From assembly GCA_043228905.1 (NCBI GenBank), contig JBHGNT010000011.1, positions 14,756,001 to 14,820,000 of the forward strand: a stretch of DNA of 64,000 nucleotides. Direction: 5' to 3'. The notes beneath the pieces were generated by a model. That model made no database searches. It had not been told where the DNA came from and saw only the letters and a program-made list of their open reading frames with translations. The translations under genes and the position numbers were made by a program. Below are positions 61,603 through 64,000 of this stretch, in pieces. Each line of letters starts with the position of its first letter. Positions within the stretch are counted from its first letter, which is position 1. Source of the stretch: Azolla caroliniana. Its lineage: Eukaryota > Plantae > Polypodiophyta.

Positions 61603-63705
61603 ATGGACGAATCGTTTGGCGGCATGTTCAAGCTCACCGGCTCCAACTATTCAGTGTGGAAATCGAAGATGAGGGACATGCTCGTGGTTAAAGACCTCTG
61701 GCTGCCGGTTCAGTTCGGGGACAAGAGACCGGACAAAATCGACGCCGCGATATGGGAGGTGATGCACATGAAGACAACGGCGTACATACGGTGCTTCATC
61801 GACATGAGCCTGTACAACAACTTCAATGAAGAGAGCAAGGCTCATGAGCTCTGGGAGAAGATCGGCATAATGTTCCAGAACAAAAATGCTGTCAATCAGG
61901 TGTCGGTATTCCGGAAGCTAGTAAGACTCCGGTACCAAGATGGCTCCAGCATGGCGGAGCATATGAATGCCTTCCAGGGGCTGATTCACCAGGCAACGTC
62001 ATTGGAAGTACCTCTTGCTGATGAGGTCCTAGCGCTACTCCTGCTCGGTTCCCTCCCGGATAGCTGGGAGACGTTGGTTGTCACTTTGGGCAACGCCGGT
62101 CCGGAAGGAAAACGGTTATCCCTAGCAAGAGTAAAGTCGAGCTTGCTAGATGAGGAGGCTCGTCGGAAAGACAAAGATACGAGCTCCGACTCCAAAGCGC
62201 TCCTTACCGAATCGGAACGCGGAAGACATAGAAACCGTAGTCCCCAGAACCGGGAGAAGTCGGGGACACGGTCAAAGTCAAGGGGGAGGCCTACTTGCTT
62301 CTATTGCGGCAAGCCGGGACACTTCCAAAAGAACTGTCGGCATTTCCGTAAAGACAAGGAAACTGACGGTACCGATTCGAAGCAAACCCCGAACCGGAAC
62401 GGTAAAGACCGGAACGGTAAAGATCGGAGGGGGCCGGACCGGAAGGGAACGACGGCAATTGCGGCAAGTGAAGAGGAGTTGATGCTCATCACCGAGGAGA
62501 GTGAGATAAACCATGCCGGCGACGAGATGACCTGGGTGGTAGACTCTGGAGCGTCGTTCCACCTTACCCCGGACCGGAAATGCTTCTCATCCTACTCAGC
62601 CGGTGATCACGGCTGTGTCCGGATGGGGAATGAAGGAACATGCCGAATTGTCGGCATAGGAGACGTGTGGCTGACAACACCAATCGGATGCAAGTTGCTG
62701 TTGAAGGATGTCCGACACGTTCCGGAAGTTCGTTTGAACCTGATATCAGCCGGTCGGCTGGATGATGAAGGCTACACGGGTAGCATCCGGAACGGTGTCA
62801 TGAAGTTCAGCAAAGGGAGCCTGATTGTGGCTCGGGCCCGGAAGGTAAACACACTGTACCTGATGAATGCCCGGTTATGTCCGGAAGAAGTGAACGTGGC
62901 TTCCGACACTTCCGGTGAGCTGTGGCACAAGAGGCTATGTCACATGAGTGAGAAGGGGATGAAGAGGCTTGCAGACGAGAACCTCATTCTAGTGAAGAAC
63001 GTGCATTTAGAGAAGTGCACTGATTGTCTGGCCGGTAAGCAGAACCGGACCTCCTTCCGACCAAGGCCACCGATGAGACGTAATGCACCACTGGAGTTGG
63101 TGCATACGGATGTTTGTCAAGTAGACACGAAGTCACATGCCGGAGCGCAGTACTTCGTGACGTTCATAGATGACCACAGCCGGAAGCTGTGGGCCACACC
63201 GCTGAAGACGAAGGATCAGGTGTTATCCGTCTTCAAAGAGCTCCACGCAAGAGTGGAAAGAGAAACCGGCCGGAAGCTGAAGGCGGTTCGAGCAGATAAC
63301 GGAGGTGAGTACCGGGGGCAGTTCGAGGAGTACTGCCGCTCGAAGGGAATCCAACTCGAATTTACCGTGCCGAAGACGCCGGAACTAAACGGACTGGCCG
63401 AGAGGATGAACCGGACCATAATGGAGAGGGTCCGGAGTATGCTAGCTCATGCAAAACTACCCAAGAAGTTTTGGGCTGAGGCACTGTCGACGGCGACATA
63501 TGTGATAAACAGATCACCCTCAGTACCCTTGGACGGAGACACTCCACAGAGAGTATGGACCGGTAAGGAAGTGTCCTACCGGCATCTGAGGGTGTTCGGG
63601 TGTCTCGCGTACGTGCATGTAGCAAAGGACCGGAGAGGAAAGTTAGATCCAAAGACCCGGCCATGCATATTCCTCGGTTACGGTGACGATGAGTTCGGCT
63701 ACTGA
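61603..63705 (+). CDS. Copia gag-protease-integrase polyprotein with a premature TGA
   Basis: CFYCGKPGHFQKNC knuckle; WVVDSGASFH protease; LWHKRLCH...CTDC; VHTDVC, RADNGGEY, LAERMNRT integrase; coding-like sequence continues past the stop. Confidence 0.93.
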   Translation: MDESFGGMFKLTGSNYSVWKSKMRDMLVVKDLWLPVQFGDKRPDKIDAAIWEVMHMKTTAYIRCFIDMSLYNNFNEESKAHELWEKIGIMFQNKNAVNQVSVFRKLVRLRYQDGSSMAEHMNAFQGLIHQATSLEVPLADEVLALLLLGSLPDSWETLVVTLGNAGPEGKRLSLARVKSSLLDEEARRKDKDTSSDSKALLTESERGRHRNRSPQNREKSGTRSKSRGRPTCFYCGKPGHFQKNCRHFRKDKETDGTDSKQTPNRNGKDRNGKDRRGPDRKGTTAIAASEEELMLITEESEINHAGDEMTWVVDSGASFHLTPDRKCFSSYSAGDHGCVRMGNEGTCRIVGIGDVWLTTPIGCKLLLKDVRHVPEVRLNLISAGRLDDEGYTGSIRNGVMKFSKGSLIVARARKVNTLYLMNARLCPEEVNVASDTSGELWHKRLCHMSEKGMKRLADENLILVKNVHLEKCTDCLAGKQNRTSFRPRPPMRRNAPLELVHTDVCQVDTKSHAGAQYFVTFIDDHSRKLWATPLKTKDQVLSVFKELHARVERETGRKLKAVRADNGGEYRGQFEEYCRSKGIQLEFTVPKTPELNGLAERMNRTIMERVRSMLAHAKLPKKFWAEALSTATYVINRSPSVPLDGDTPQRVWTGKEVSYRHLRVFGCLAYVHVAKDRRGKLDPKTRPCIFLGYGDDEFGY

Positions 63706-64000
63706 GTGTGGGACCCGGTCGACAAGAAGGTATTCCGGAGTCGAGATATTATCTTCATGGAGGACAAGACGCTCGCCGACTGGGAGTCGGAGAAGAAGAT
63801 AATGAACTCCGAGTCGACCGGTAAGGATAGACTCTACAATGAGCAGACCCAACCGGCAAGAGACCGGTTAGCACTCGAGGAACCAGCCGGTTACGGTGAG
63901 GATACCGAACCGGCAGAAGCCGAAGTAGAGGAAGCTGAGACCGGAACCGGTCAAGACCCCAAATCGGATTCGGATGAAGAGCAAATGGAGGAACCGATTA

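Larger units (their letters stand above)
59117..64000 (+). mobile_element. Ty1/copia LTR retrotransposon (Tnt1/Tork-like), runs off the window end
   Basis: 5' LTR 59117-61572 (split by the PLE); PBS TGGTATTAGAGC (tRNA-iMet type) at 61575-61586; gag-pol follows. Confidence 0.95.

Overview
Plant nuclear genomic DNA; spliced genes, a PLS-type PPR gene and the transposon types are most consistent with a fern or other seed-free vascular plant (inference). 0.6-9.4 kb: a full-length but disrupted Ty3/gypsy LTR element (tRNA-Trp PBS, 4-bp TSD), plus a related solo LTR inside a LINE relic. 12.8-47 kb: a gene-rich stretch with a KCS, a PLS-PPR, SRT2 sirtuin, tRNA-His, a DUF1350 protein, a papain-like cysteine protease and PPD6, plus small transposon relics. 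48.6-56.3 kb: a satellite-like tandem array of 18 full-length and 1 truncated tRNA-Asp(GTC) genes/pseudogenes (~354-bp monomers, 5-monomer higher-order repeat), interrupted by a copia solo LTR. 56.3-64 kb: a four-level insertion nest (copia > gypsy-type LTR carrying a tRNA-like cassette > copia > 5'-truncated Penelope-like retroelement with a minimal hammerhead ribozyme). All coordinates were read by eye; no searches were run.
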